A stretch of DNA of 63,318 nucleotides, counting the filler, from Octopus bimaculoides (taxonomy: Eukaryota), in assembly GCF_001194135.2 (NCBI RefSeq). It is 6 parts of 6 records of this genome, joined end to end, with 100 filler letters (N's around TTAATTAATTAA, not from the genome) between each part and the next. Parts side by side here need not be neighbours in the genome. Positions count along the whole stretch, not along the records: positions 10,005 to 25,830 come from NC_068981.1; 5 more parts are not named here. One strand, written 5' to 3'. Positions 12,231 through 22,841 of this stretch are shown in pieces. The position numbers and the translations under genes were made by a program. The notes under the pieces are model-generated. The model did not search any database. It saw only the letters and a program-made list of their open reading frames with translations, and had not been told where the DNA came from. How positions within the stretch are numbered: position 1 is the first letter of the stretch; the number at the start of each line of letters is the position of its first letter.

Positions 12231-12630
12231 GCTTCCCCACTTTTAATCCTAAACGAGAATCGTGTTTCACAATGAATTCTAAAAACAAAAACGTTATTAA
12301 TGATGAATGACAAACAATAGACAATCACGAGGTGAAAATATTTAAAACATAACTATTTTCCACTTCATCATTTGGAAGCACTTCACTTAAATATTCATCT
12401 CATAACGATATTTAATATGTTATCACTCAACGGGTAGGAAACTCATTCAGCTAAGCACGTAGCAACGGTAACTAGATAGAGATGCAGAGATGCAGTGATA
12501 AGAAATAGAACATAATAAGCAATAGCTTTAAAGTGCCAAAACGTACATAAATAGATCAAGAACCAAGTGGCTAAATAATAATAATAATTTATAATATAAT
12601 CTATAGGTATCAGCACACACACGCACACAC

Positions 12631-12677
<47 letters not shown>

Positions 12678-12714
12678 CATACATATACAAACACACACAC
12701 ACACACACATATGG

Positions 12715-13005
12715 TATAGAAGAGCTGGGGGGCATTGATCCTGGAGAAAAGTTGATGGGTGACGAGGAACTGCGAGTCGCTGTTTGCGTCTTCGGCGTCT
12801 ATTCTCTGCCTCTTAACGCCTTGACGTCTATTATTAACATCAGGTCTGTTCCCTCGACGATGGCAGGCCACCACTTTGGTTGGTCCTTGGAGATAGTTTC
12901 CCAGGTATTTGGGTCGATGGAGCATCGAAGGAGGGTCGCCTTATGCTGGTCTCAGAAACGGAATTTGGGACACATCATACGGATACCTCAAACGCGCCTT
13001 CCTCC
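12715..13005 (-). mobile_element. RTE-clade LINE C-terminal fragment
   Basis: Minus-strand remnants RLRY..., LKATLLRCSIDPNTWETISKDQPKW and RRRRKQR resemble the RTE/BovB-type C-terminus. Confidence 0.65.
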
Positions 13006-13068
13006 TCAATAAACACACACACATACGCACACACACACACAAACATACCAAAACACATACATGCGCGT

Positions 13069-13110
<42 letters not shown>

Positions 13111-13120
13111 NNNNNNNNNN

Positions 13121-13505
13121 ACGCCGAACGAAATGCTTAGCGGTATTTCGTCTGCCGTTACGTTCTGAGTTCAAATTCTGCGAGGTCGACTTTGCCTTTC
13201 ATCCTTTCGGAGTCGATAAATTAAGTACCAGTTACGCACTGGGTTCGATGTAATCGACTTAATCCCTTTGTCTGTCCTTGTTTGTCCCCTCTATGTTTAT
13301 CACCTTGTGGGCAATAAAGAAATAAGAAACGTTAACACGCCGAACGAAATGCTTAGCGGTATTTCGTCTGTCTTTACGTTCTAAGTTAAAATTCCGCCGA
13401 GGTCGACTTTGCCTTTCATCCTTTCGGGGTCGATAAATTAAGTACCATTTGCATACTGGGGTCGATCTAATCAACTGAACCCTTCCCCAAAAATTTCGGG
13501 CCTTG
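13121..13505 (+). mobile_element. Two head-to-tail family A SINE copies
   Basis: acgccgaacgaaatgcttagcggtatttcgtctg starts at both 13121 and 13337. Confidence 0.85.
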
Positions 13506-13592
13506 TGCAGTACTGTTTCTACTTCGCGTATTTTCACCTATCACAGGGGTGGGGTTTGGAGTGTAACACCCGCGATAGTAGAGAGGTTACTG
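13506..13592 (+). mobile_element. Tigger-like MITE terminal fragment
   Basis: ...tttctacttcgcgtattttcacctatc...gagaggttactg|TA, homologous to the right end of 44696-45608. Confidence 0.65.
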
Positions 13593-14078
13593 TATATGAA
13601 AAATCGCGCTTCTGAATTAAGAATGAGAGTCCCAAAACCATCTTGAAACAGAAACACTGGCAAAACGATACAAGGCCAGAAGTAGTTTCAGTGAGATTCT
13701 TGTACATATGGAGATACCCCAACTGAAAGATACGTATAGCTTTCGGTAGTGGAAGCAAAACTCTTATTTGAAGGTTGATTCTTTGGGATGAATCACATGT
13801 GATTGTTTAAAAAAGGTTAGAACGATAAAGCTAAAACGTATTTGAAGCAATGGACAACAGTCGAAATATCATAATGGACGAATAAATAAGCATCCTTAAA
13901 GTGAAACAACACATTGGTTGGTAAACAAAGGTATCAACAAATAGAAGAGAGAGAAGGGAACATCACCTTTCAAGTAACTCAGAATAGGTAAAGGTAAGCT
14001 TGCCAGAGTTTAATGCAGTTTAAATATAGAGATTAAGATTGTTTGGTATTGGATATTCATCACGTACAATGTTCCTAG

Positions 14079-14568
14079 TCAATTTAACCATCGTTGCAGG
14101 TGGACAGTGGAAATAAATAAATAGACAAAATCTCTTCCCTTTTATAAAAAGATTTAAAAAGTATGGAAGGCCCTACGTACAAAAAAAACTATGTCTCTTT
14201 AGGTCCATTTACGCGGGAGCTCTGAGCAAAATTTTCAGTGCATGACCATCCTTGGGACATAAGTAATGTGTGTAAAGTTTGATGAAAAGTGGTTGAGAAT
14301 TGTGGAAATGTATGCGTTCAGTGTTCCTATTCAATTTAATCACCGTCGCTGGTGGACAGTGGAAATACACAGAATACTTTCACTTTTATAGAAAGATTAA
14401 AAAGGTATGGAAGATTCTATATACAAAAAACTATATCCATTTAGGTCCATTTACGCAGGAGCTCTGGGCAAAATGTTATAGTGCATAACCATACCTGGGG
14501 CATAAGTAATGTGTGTGTAAAGTCTAGCAAAAATCAGTTGAGGATTGTGGAAATGTATGTGTTAGTCA
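14079..14568 (+). repeat. Tandem duplication of a unit of about 250 bp
   Basis: ggtggacagtggaaata...tttaggtccatttacgc.ggagctctg.gcaaaat...cataagtaatgtgtgt...ttgtggaaatgtatg occurs twice. Confidence 0.9.
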
Positions 14569-14661
14569 TTCTACACACACATACGGTGATTTATATATAC
14601 TAGATATATATATATGTATATGTGTATGTGTATATGTATATGTGTATATGTATATGTGTAT

Positions 14662-14697
<36 letters not shown>

Positions 14698-14927
14698 GAG
14701 GGAGAGAGAGATACACATATATACATTTATATATACATATATATGCATATGTGTGTGCATGTTTTGTGTATGCGCATGCGTTTGTATTGTTTACGTATAT
14801 ATCAATTACGAACGTGTTTAGAAGGAGTTAAGCAGGAGCAAATAGCAACTTGCTAATAGTGAGATGAGAACATTCATTTGATGAAACATATACACTTGAA
14901 AGAAAAAATCAGTAACTGTATACTTGC

Positions 14928-15008
14928 TTTAATTATGGCGACAAGCAAACAAAAGTACATGACAAAACTTTGAAACACGTCAGTCCAGATAACAGCTCTC
15001 AAGCCACC
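14928..15008 (-). CDS. SLC5 symporter internal exon, probably 81 bp (3' boundary uncertain)
   Basis: Minus strand reads ctttttcag|GGTGGCTTGAGAGCTGTTATCTGGACTGACGTGTTTCAA..., translating as GGLRAVIWTDVFQSFVMYFCLLVAIIK, which carries the SLC5 signature GGxxAVIWTDVFQ. The best donor-like site is non-canonical (AAA|gcaagt). Confidence 0.9.
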
Positions 15009-16048
15009 CTGAAAAAGATTAAATGCTAAATATTATACAAATATTATACATGATCATCAGGTCACATGTCATAACATAGATGTCAGAATAAGAATCTCGT
15101 ACATGCTAGTGCTGTTTCCGACAACACTTTAAATGGCAATGTCATAATACAAGATATCAGTATTGACGCAGACATGTACGCACACCTAGGCACAAGCACA
15201 CGCGCACACACGCACACACATACACGCATACATATATATATTTACATATATATATATGCATCTATATATAATATATATATATATATANNNNNNNNNNNNN
15301 NNNNNNNNNNNNNNNNNNNNNNNNNNNNNNNNNNNNNNNNNNNNNNNNNNNNNNNNNNNNNNNNNNNNNNNNNNNNNNNNNNNNNNNNNNNNNNNNNNNN
15401 NNNNNNNNNNNNNNNNNNNNNNNNNNNNNNNNNNNNNNNNNNNNNNNNNNNNNNNNNNNNNNNNNNNNNNNNNNNNNNNNNNNNNNNNNNNNNNNNNNNN
15501 NNNNNNNNNNNNNNNNNNNNNNNNNNNNNNNNNNNNNNNNNNNNNNNNNNNNNNNNNNNNNNNNNNNNNNNNNNNNNNNNNNNNNNNNNNNNNNNNNNNN
15601 NNNNNNNNNNNNNNNNNNNNNNNNNNNNNNNNNNNNNNNNNNNNNNNNNNNNNNNNNNNNNNNNNNNNNNNNNNNNNNNNNNNNNNNNNNNNNNNNNNNN
15701 NNNNNNNNNNNNNNNNNNNNNNNNNNNNNNNNNNNNNNNNNNNNNNNNNNNNNNNNNNNNNNNNNNNNNNNNNNNNNNNNNNNNNNNNNNNNNNNNNNNN
15801 NNNNNNNNNNNNNNNNNNNNNNNNNNNNNNNNNNNNNNNNNNNNNNNNNNNNNNNNNNNNNNNNNNNNNNNNNNNNNNNNNNNNNNNNNNNNNNNNNNNN
15901 NNNNNNNNNNNNNNNNNNNNNNNNNNNNNNNNNNNNNNNNNNNNNNNNNNNNNNNNNNNNNNNNNNNNNNNNNNNNNNNNNNNNNNNNNNNGTATATTTG
16001 GTGTTAATTTGCTTCAGCTTTATATTACATTAATCTTAATCTTATTTC

Positions 16049-16093
16049 GGCCAGAGTTCTTTCGTCACACTTGTGTGACCTCATCAGTGGTCC
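16049..16093 (-). ncRNA. Minimal type I hammerhead ribozyme within a probable Penelope-like pLTR fragment (about 15992-16260)
   Basis: Minus strand reads ggacca-CTGATGA-g-GTCACA-caag-TGTGAC-GAAA-g-aa-CTC-tggcc. The core is intact, with a 6-bp stem II, CUC triplet and a bulged 5-bp stem I. Confidence 0.75.
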
Positions 16094-16301
16094 TTTGTTT
16101 CCTTCCTTCTTATGTGTGTCTCACCTTGCTAACTATCAGCCATTTTGTATTTTGTATTCCTATTGTATGTGTCTACGCATGCGTGTCTTTCAATGTGTCT
16201 GTGTCTTTTGTAAGTGCATGTGTGTATGGGGAGTGTCTGTATCACCTATATACTCTGTTAATACGTGTTCGTTTGTATTTGTTTTTATTTATTTATTTGT
16301 T

Positions 16302-16335
<34 letters not shown>

Positions 16336-16406
16336 TGTGTTTAATTAAAAAAACACACACACACAATGAACTGTTGAAACATACGCAAAAAATAGACAAA
16401 GAATCG

Positions 16407-16583
16407 TTCATTTATGATCTCCCCTTGATCAGACCGGTCGACGTAACGGAGCATCTTTTGGTAGAAGCTATCGCAGTGTTCAAGAGCTATTTCATCGAAC
16501 TTTTCAGATATCAATTGGAAAAGATCCGGCTCGTTCTTTGCCTCGCCTTGGATAACCGAGCGTTTCGAAACGGAGAAAAAGAG
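16407..16583 (-). mobile_element. Tc1/IS630-like transposase C-terminal fragment
   Basis: Minus strand translates as LFFSVSKRSVIQGEAKNEPDLFQLISEKFDEIALEHCDSFYQKMLRYVDRSDQGEIINE, resembling the region after the catalytic Glu. It is cut by a gap. Confidence 0.55.
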
Positions 16584-18499
16584 TTAAACNNNNNNNNNNN
16601 NNNNNNNNNNNNNNNNNNNNNNNNNNNNNNNNNNNNNNNNNNNNNNNNNNNNNNNNNNNNNNNNNNNNNNNNNNNNNNNNNNNNNNNNNNNNNNNNNNNN
16701 NNNNNNNNNNNNNNNNNNNNNNNNNNNNNNNNNNNNNNNNNNNNNNNNNNNNNNNNNNNNNNNNNNNNNNNNNNNNNNNNNNNNNNNNNNNNNNNNNNNN
16801 NNNNNNNNNNNNNNNNNNNNNNNNNNNNNNNNNNNNNNNNNNNNNNNNNNNNNNNNNNNNNNNNNNNNNNNNNNNNNNNNNNNNNNNNNNNNNNNNNNNN
16901 NNNNNNNNNNNNNNNNNNNNNNNNNNNNNNNNNNNNNNNNNNNNNNNNNNNNNNNNNNNNNNNNNNNNNNNNNNNNNNNNNNNNNNNNNNNNNNNNNNNN
17001 NNNNNNNNNNNNNNNNNNNNNNNNNNNNNNNNNNNNNNNNNNNNNNNNNNNNNNNNNNNNNNNNNNNNNNNNNNNNNNNNNNNNNNNNNNNNNNNNNNNN
17101 NNNNNNNNNNNNNNNNNNNNNNNNNNNNNNNNNNNNNNNNNNNNNNNNNNNNNNNNNNNNNNNNNNNNNNNNNNNNNNNNNNNNNNNNNNNNNNNNNNNN
17201 NNNNNNNNNNNNNNNNNNNNNNNNNNNNNNNNNNNNNNNNNNNNNNNNNNNNNNNNNNNNNNNNNNNNNNNNNNNNNNNNNNNNNNNNNNNNNNNNNNNN
17301 NNNNNNNNNNNNNNNNNNNNNNNNNNNNNNNNNNNNNNNNNNNNNNNNNNNNNNNNNNNNNNNNNNNNNNNNNNNNNNNNNNNNNNNNNTATATATATAT
17401 GCATGTATGCATGTATGTACGTATGTATGTATGTATGTATATGAGAGTGTGTGTGTGCGTGTGCGTGCGTGCGTGTGTGTATACAAACAGTGGGTGGGCA
17501 GGCGCAATATGGCCAAATGAGTAATAAGTTCGCTTCGTAATCATGAGGAGCTGGATTGGATCCCAGAGCGTATAATTTTGAGTAAATATCATTTTCCATA
17601 GCCTCGGGTCAATCCATACCTTATGAGTGTAAATTGGGAGACGGAATCTGAATGGATTGTGTCTTTAATTTAGTTAATCGCACAAATAAGACGGTGAGCT
17701 AGCAGAATCGTTAGCACACAGGGCGAAATGCTTAACGGCATTTTGTCCATCTTTACGTTTTGAGTTCAAATCCCGCCGAGGTCGACTTTGTCTTTCATCC
17801 TTTCCTCTCTTGTTCTATGTTATTACGTTTACAGAAAGTGTAAAGAACGTCGTCCCTATATAGAATGCCATCTATTTCAGGGAACTCCCTTTAAATGCAA
17901 TATAATATGTAAATAACCACGAGATCAGGAACTTCTACTAACATGTCCCCGTGATTCGATCCAGGGACTTCACAGAGACTATAGATCAACATCAGAGTCA
18001 AAACTTTATATCAATTTAGAGGGACGTAAGATTGTCAGCCACCTTAACTAAGACAATCGACCTGAGTTTTATTCGCCTAAGCCAACTATTATAAACTTGA
18101 AAGAGCACGAACTTGATGTTTGCAGTAATCCTTCGGTTGGGCTAATATTACACGCTATTCGTTTATGCGAGATTATTTCTCGGGACGACTACCGCAGTTT
18201 ATGGCGTTTACACAGCACATCCACATTGTGTAGGATGTACAAATTAAAATTCATTACAGCAACTATTTCCGTCTAATAACTAATTTATACACAGCCCGCA
18301 ACTTTTTGCGACATCTCCGATTTTTAATCAGTGTTGCTAAATCCGTTTGACAAGATTTCGGCCTAGCATTCCATGTTTAGTTGTTTATCACTGATGATGC
18401 GAAGTCACATGATACAATAGTCCTAACGACGGTGCTGACAAAATTCGTCTGCTGATATGATCTGCACTTTTAGCGCCATTCATCTACACGAGATTGTTT

Positions 18500-19165
18500 G
18501 GATCTAGTTTAAAACGGGGGCACCAGTTTCCATTTATGTTTTATGTAGTGTTTTTGGTACCGAAGACTTTCAAACTTCGTATACTTATCTATTTTATGTT
18601 ATAGAACAGAAAAAAAAATTTGTATTCGAATTTATTTCATGTAAAAAATTGTCTTATTTCGATAATTTCTACTAATCACTGACGTCTATTCAGTTGAAAA
18701 CAGTTAGCGCTGTAACGGTGTATATCGTATTAATCCCCTAACCCTAACCCTAACCCTAACTAGACTGTTAACCCTAACCCTAACCCTAACCCTAAAACTA
18801 ACCCTAACTCTAGAATCCGAACTCTAAAATTGTTACACACATAGATACGCACAGCGTAATTTATTATATAAACAATATATGCGTATAAATTACGATTAAA
18901 CCGGATGAAATATGTCACAGGGAATAACATTTTTATGACCGCCCAGCAGTAACTCTATTCAGTTGAATAGACGTCAGTGATTGGTTGAAATTACAGAAAT
19001 ACGACAACTTTAACATGGAATAACTTGCGATGTACATTTTCTTGTTAAGAAGACTAAGAGTAAAAGATGTTTTATATGACACATTCTACCAGTGTCCCAA
19101 GTTTCAAAGTGTTTCGTTAGTGTTTCGTTAAGAAAATACTGGTGCCCCCGTTTTAAACTAGATCC
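18500..19165. mobile_element. MITE with perfect 28-bp TIRs and an 8-bp TSD (Merlin-like), carrying internal telomere-like repeats
   Basis: TIR ggatctagtttaaaacgggggcaccagt (18500-18527 and 19138-19165); TSD gattgttt (18492-18499 and 19166-19173); (CCCTAA)n blocks at about 18736-18808. Confidence 0.92.
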
Positions 19166-19531
19166 GATTGTTTTTCTACGGATAATTACTACAGTTTATA
19201 ACGTTTACACTGCACATCCAAGTTGGATGTACAAATTAAAATGAGACTAATTGACAGAATTATATCTCTACTAAAAAACGTGTGTTGGACTTAATTTATG
19301 GTCCAACACTTCAAAAATAATTAATTTATTTAAATAATAATGTAGATATTATGCAAATTTATGCTGTTACTTATCTATTATCATTTCTATGCTTTCCAAC
19401 AAAACTCTTATTTTTGTTATGAAGGACTCGTAATCGTTGAAACAGGGTGTAGATACTATGTTAACGACAGGAAAACAGTTACTATTTTCGAAGGTAAACA
19501 TTCGACAAGAAAGAACAGCCCTCACGATTTT

Positions 19532-19932
19532 AGAAAATTACTATTTTTAAATCTCACAACGAGAGATATTCAGCAACAGTACTTTGGAGTGAAGATTGTT
19601 TGCTAACATAACATGGCAGTCCTGGTTTAGGACGAATGTTGCTGTAATTTAACCCTAGTATAGTAATTGTTTTGCTGTCGTTAACATGGTATCTACACCC
19701 TGTTTCAACGATTAGGAGTCCTTCATAGCGAAAATGAGAGTTTTGTTGAAAATCATACAAGTAACAGCATAAATTTACATAAATTTAATATCTCCCTTAT
19801 TATTTAAATCAATTGATTATTTTTGAAGTGTCGTAAGCCAGCTGGAGACGATGTCTCTTGGGGTTAAATTACAGCAACATCCGTCCTAAACCAGGACTGC
19901 CATGTTATGTTGGCAAACAATCTTTACTCCGA
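19532..19932. mobile_element. Unclassified fold-back element, copy 1
   Basis: Inverted arms at 19592-19655 and 19861-19928, flanked by the direct repeat acgatttt (19524-19531 and 19933-19940). It shares arms and terminus with 62626-62916. Confidence 0.75.
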
Positions 19933-20544
19933 ACGATTTTGTTTTAACCAAAAGGATTATGAAGTATGAAAGGTTTGACGAAATTTTTTACTGGGTTTTA
20001 TAAAAGATATTTGGATGCATTGTTCTTTAACAGTCCAGATTATCCATTCTGCATAGACTACAACCAAAGTAAAGCAGCCTCTGTCGATAAGTCGTTGATT
20101 GTTAATCCACGAAATAGAGACATGAGTCCTGGACATAAACAGAAACCACGTGAAAGCCATGGGTCATGCAACTAGGAAAGCGGTGCTCCAGCGTGGTCTT
20201 TTCCTTTAGTATCATTCAAACGAACATACAAAATAAATCAGAGCATTACTTTGTTTTGTTTCTAATTTAAAGTTTTTCGCATCCTATTATCGATGTTTAT
20301 ATGTAAGTCGCAATCATTATTTAGGTTAAACACTAAGACAGCGAACTGATGGAATCGTTAGCATGCCGGAAGAAATGCTTAGCAGCATTTCGTCCGACTT
20401 TATGTTCTATGTTCAAACTCTGTCGAGGCCAACTTTACCTTTCGTCCTTTTGAAGTTGATAAAATAAATACCAGCGGAGCATTGGGGTCGATGAAATCGA
20501 CTACACCCCTCTCTTAAAACTTCAGGTTTTGTGCCTATAGAAGA

Positions 20545-20880
20545 AAGGATCATTGAGAGTGATACTGTACTCTGTCTTTGAATGCAGGAGCTGATGTCTC
20601 ATCAGGCGGTGAAGCAGCTCTGGAAGTGCTTCAGATTCTTCCCCTGTGACACTAGAGCTGCCCGGGGTCACCTACTGATGTAGGCGATAAAGCTTACACA
20701 CCATAGCACGAGCTTTGTTGGGTCTGATGACGCAAATCCGGTTCTGATGATTCAGTTAACCTCAATACTTGATCTTGCTACACAACTCGACTTCTCTTCA
20801 GCCAGATGTAATGGCTTGCATTCTCTACGGCTTCTTGCAATTTTCTAGGAACATATTTTTCCCTTCGCAGCTAATTTCTA
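20545..20880 (-). mobile_element. Probable HERO-like non-LTR retrotransposon C-terminus and 3' UTR
   Basis: Minus strand translates as RKLQEAVENASHYIWLKR, resembling the HERO-clade terminal AAExASxWxWLKR motif. Confidence 0.5.
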
Positions 20881-21257
20881 TTGTATGTGAGAATATTCAG
20901 AACAATTCGTTGGATTTCTTTTTTTCAAATATCATCTGATTAGTTAGTCTTTATATAAATTTTTTTATAATATTGATAATATTTTTCTGTATATTATCTA
21001 AATTTATAATTCGACCAGGTGTATCAATGTTCTGATTTCCTTCTTTTTACTTGTTTTCGATGTCATTTATTCCCCAATCCTGCCAAGACCTTAATAATTA
21101 ATGAATAATTCTGCTATCTTATTAATTAGATTTCTTTTTCGGTGGTAAATGATAAAGGCTGTAAGAGAATTTTAAATGTTATACAATATTTTTTGTTAAA
21201 CTTATCGTTTCACTTATTACAGTATTATAATGGAAGATTTTAAACAGACACACATAA

Positions 21258-21258
21258 T

Positions 21259-21306
<48 letters not shown>

Positions 21307-21384
21307 GTAGGTAGGTAGGTAGGTAGGTAGGTAGGTAGGTAGGTAGGTAGGTAGACTGATAGATAAAGAGAGAGGGAGAGAGAG
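21258..21384. repeat. Compound microsatellite (TAGA)n(TAGG)n(GA)n
   Basis: Seen directly. Representative of dozens of (TA), (CA), (CT), (TATG), (TAA), (CTT), (TAC) and (GACA) arrays in the window. Confidence 0.98.
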
Positions 21385-21830
21385 AGGTGTTGATGGTGGC
21401 AATTAAACATGCGATCCAACCAAGAAAGCAATGACCGCATTGATTTCTCAGACCTTTAATACAATCAGTCGGTCATAACTTCTGACAGAAATTTACTAGA
21501 GGCATTTTTAATCATGTGACAGTGTTAATAAACCGGCGACGGATTGAGTCTTCCACCCAAGAACATGTATAATCTTCCGACATGTTGTCATAAAGTTCTC
21601 GCTGACAAATCTTATTCACAGGGCTTTGATGGAGCTGAGGTTGTAAGAAAAACATTTGCTCAAGGTGACCCGCAGTAGGATGGAGTATGAAAGTACGTAG
21701 TTGTGAATCAGTTGTCTTTTCAACACAGCCATGTCTGCGCCTATATGACTGATAAGAAGGTTTCAAATGCCTTGCTTAACTTATCAACGAAGATGTAGCA
21801 AGTAAATAGTAAATAATGGTAAATACTCAC

Positions 21831-21898
21831 AATTGCAGTGTATAAAATTGCCGACACTGCCAAAATACATATGGAATACCACATATTAAAACCTGTCA
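21831..21898 (-). CDS. SLC5 symporter internal exon, 68 bp
   Basis: Minus strand reads tttttttcag|TGACAGGT...GCAATT|gtgagt, translating as (V)TGFNMWYSICILAVSAILYTAI. It continues the frame of the 52-bp exon and precedes the GGLxAVIWTD motif. Confidence 0.92.
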
Positions 21899-21934
21899 CT
21901 GAAAAAAACAAACTTGGAGTTTTAAAAATATATA

Positions 21935-22841
21935 TTGAGTCAAAAGTCTTGCAGCATTTTCGTATCTTAATTGCTTTATTCGTCAAGTTACAAGAAAAGC
22001 AGCCGAGCATTCAAAGTAGAGGTTATCGTGTGGCAACGTCTGAAGCCACATTTTTGACAGTTCTTTGATCCCATGCTGATATCGGTTCTTGTCCTTCAAG
22101 GCGAAGAATTTCTTCACTGAAGCTTCCACCTCCTCTTGACTGATGAAGCGTCATGAGCGCAGGAAGTGAACCATGGATCAGAACAAGTAATAATCCGAGG
22201 GAGATATTCTTCGGTAATTCTACCGTGTATAAGCAATGGTCAAGCAAAGGCCAGCTTCCGGAACCTGTGGCCAAACATGGGCGTTTTGAATACAGGGAGA
22301 TGCTTTGCGTCTGGTGGAATTATGAGGGAATAATTCAGTATGAGTTCATTCTGAGTAATCGAACTATCGATGTCAACCTGTACTCCGGACAGTTGAAGCG
22401 GATGTATGCCATTGTGCGGTCAAAATACCCGGCTTTGGTTGACAAAATGTGAGTTCTTTTGCAGCAAGACAACGCAAACCTCATACCACCCGAACGATCA
22501 AGGATAAACTCCAGGAACTTGAGGGAATCAAACTGATACCACACCCAGCATATAGTTCAGACCTTGCTCCCTCCGACTATTACTTATACCGATCCATAAC
22601 TCACTTCCTGCAACCACAACGCTTCATCAATCAAGATTTGGTGGAAACTTCAGTGAAGGAATTCTTCGCCTCGAAGGACAAGAACTGGTGTCAGCATGGG
22701 ATCAAAGAACTGGCAGAAAGGTGGCTTCAGCCGGTGTCACACAATGGCCTCTACTTTGAATGCTAGGCTGCTTTTGTTCTAACTTGACGAATAAAGAAAA
22801 TAAATTACCAAAAATATAGCAAAACGTTTGACTGAACACAA
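21935..22841 (+). mobile_element. Rearranged mariner (DD34D) element whose 5' end is replaced by an inverted copy of its 3' end
   Basis: TA lies on both sides. The transposase remnant reads MLCVWWNYEG...LLQQDNA...PHPAYSSDLAPSDYYLYRS...GIKELAERW...NGLYFE. 21935-22203 is an inverted, diverged copy of about 22568-22841. Confidence 0.9.

Noticed and set aside
18736-18808. (CCCTAA)n as a telomere or chromosome-fusion scar
   Set aside because: The repeats are short, interrupted and enclosed within a TIR/TSD-bounded MITE.
20039-20175. Acceptor-like ttctttaacag followed by a short open frame
   Set aside because: The peptide is unrecognised and the donor weak; it is not NOS-like.
20722-20752. Two TGATGA/CTGA motifs suggesting a C/D snoRNA
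   Set aside because: The spacing is too short, there is no terminal stem, and it lies in the probable 3' UTR of a HERO-like relic.
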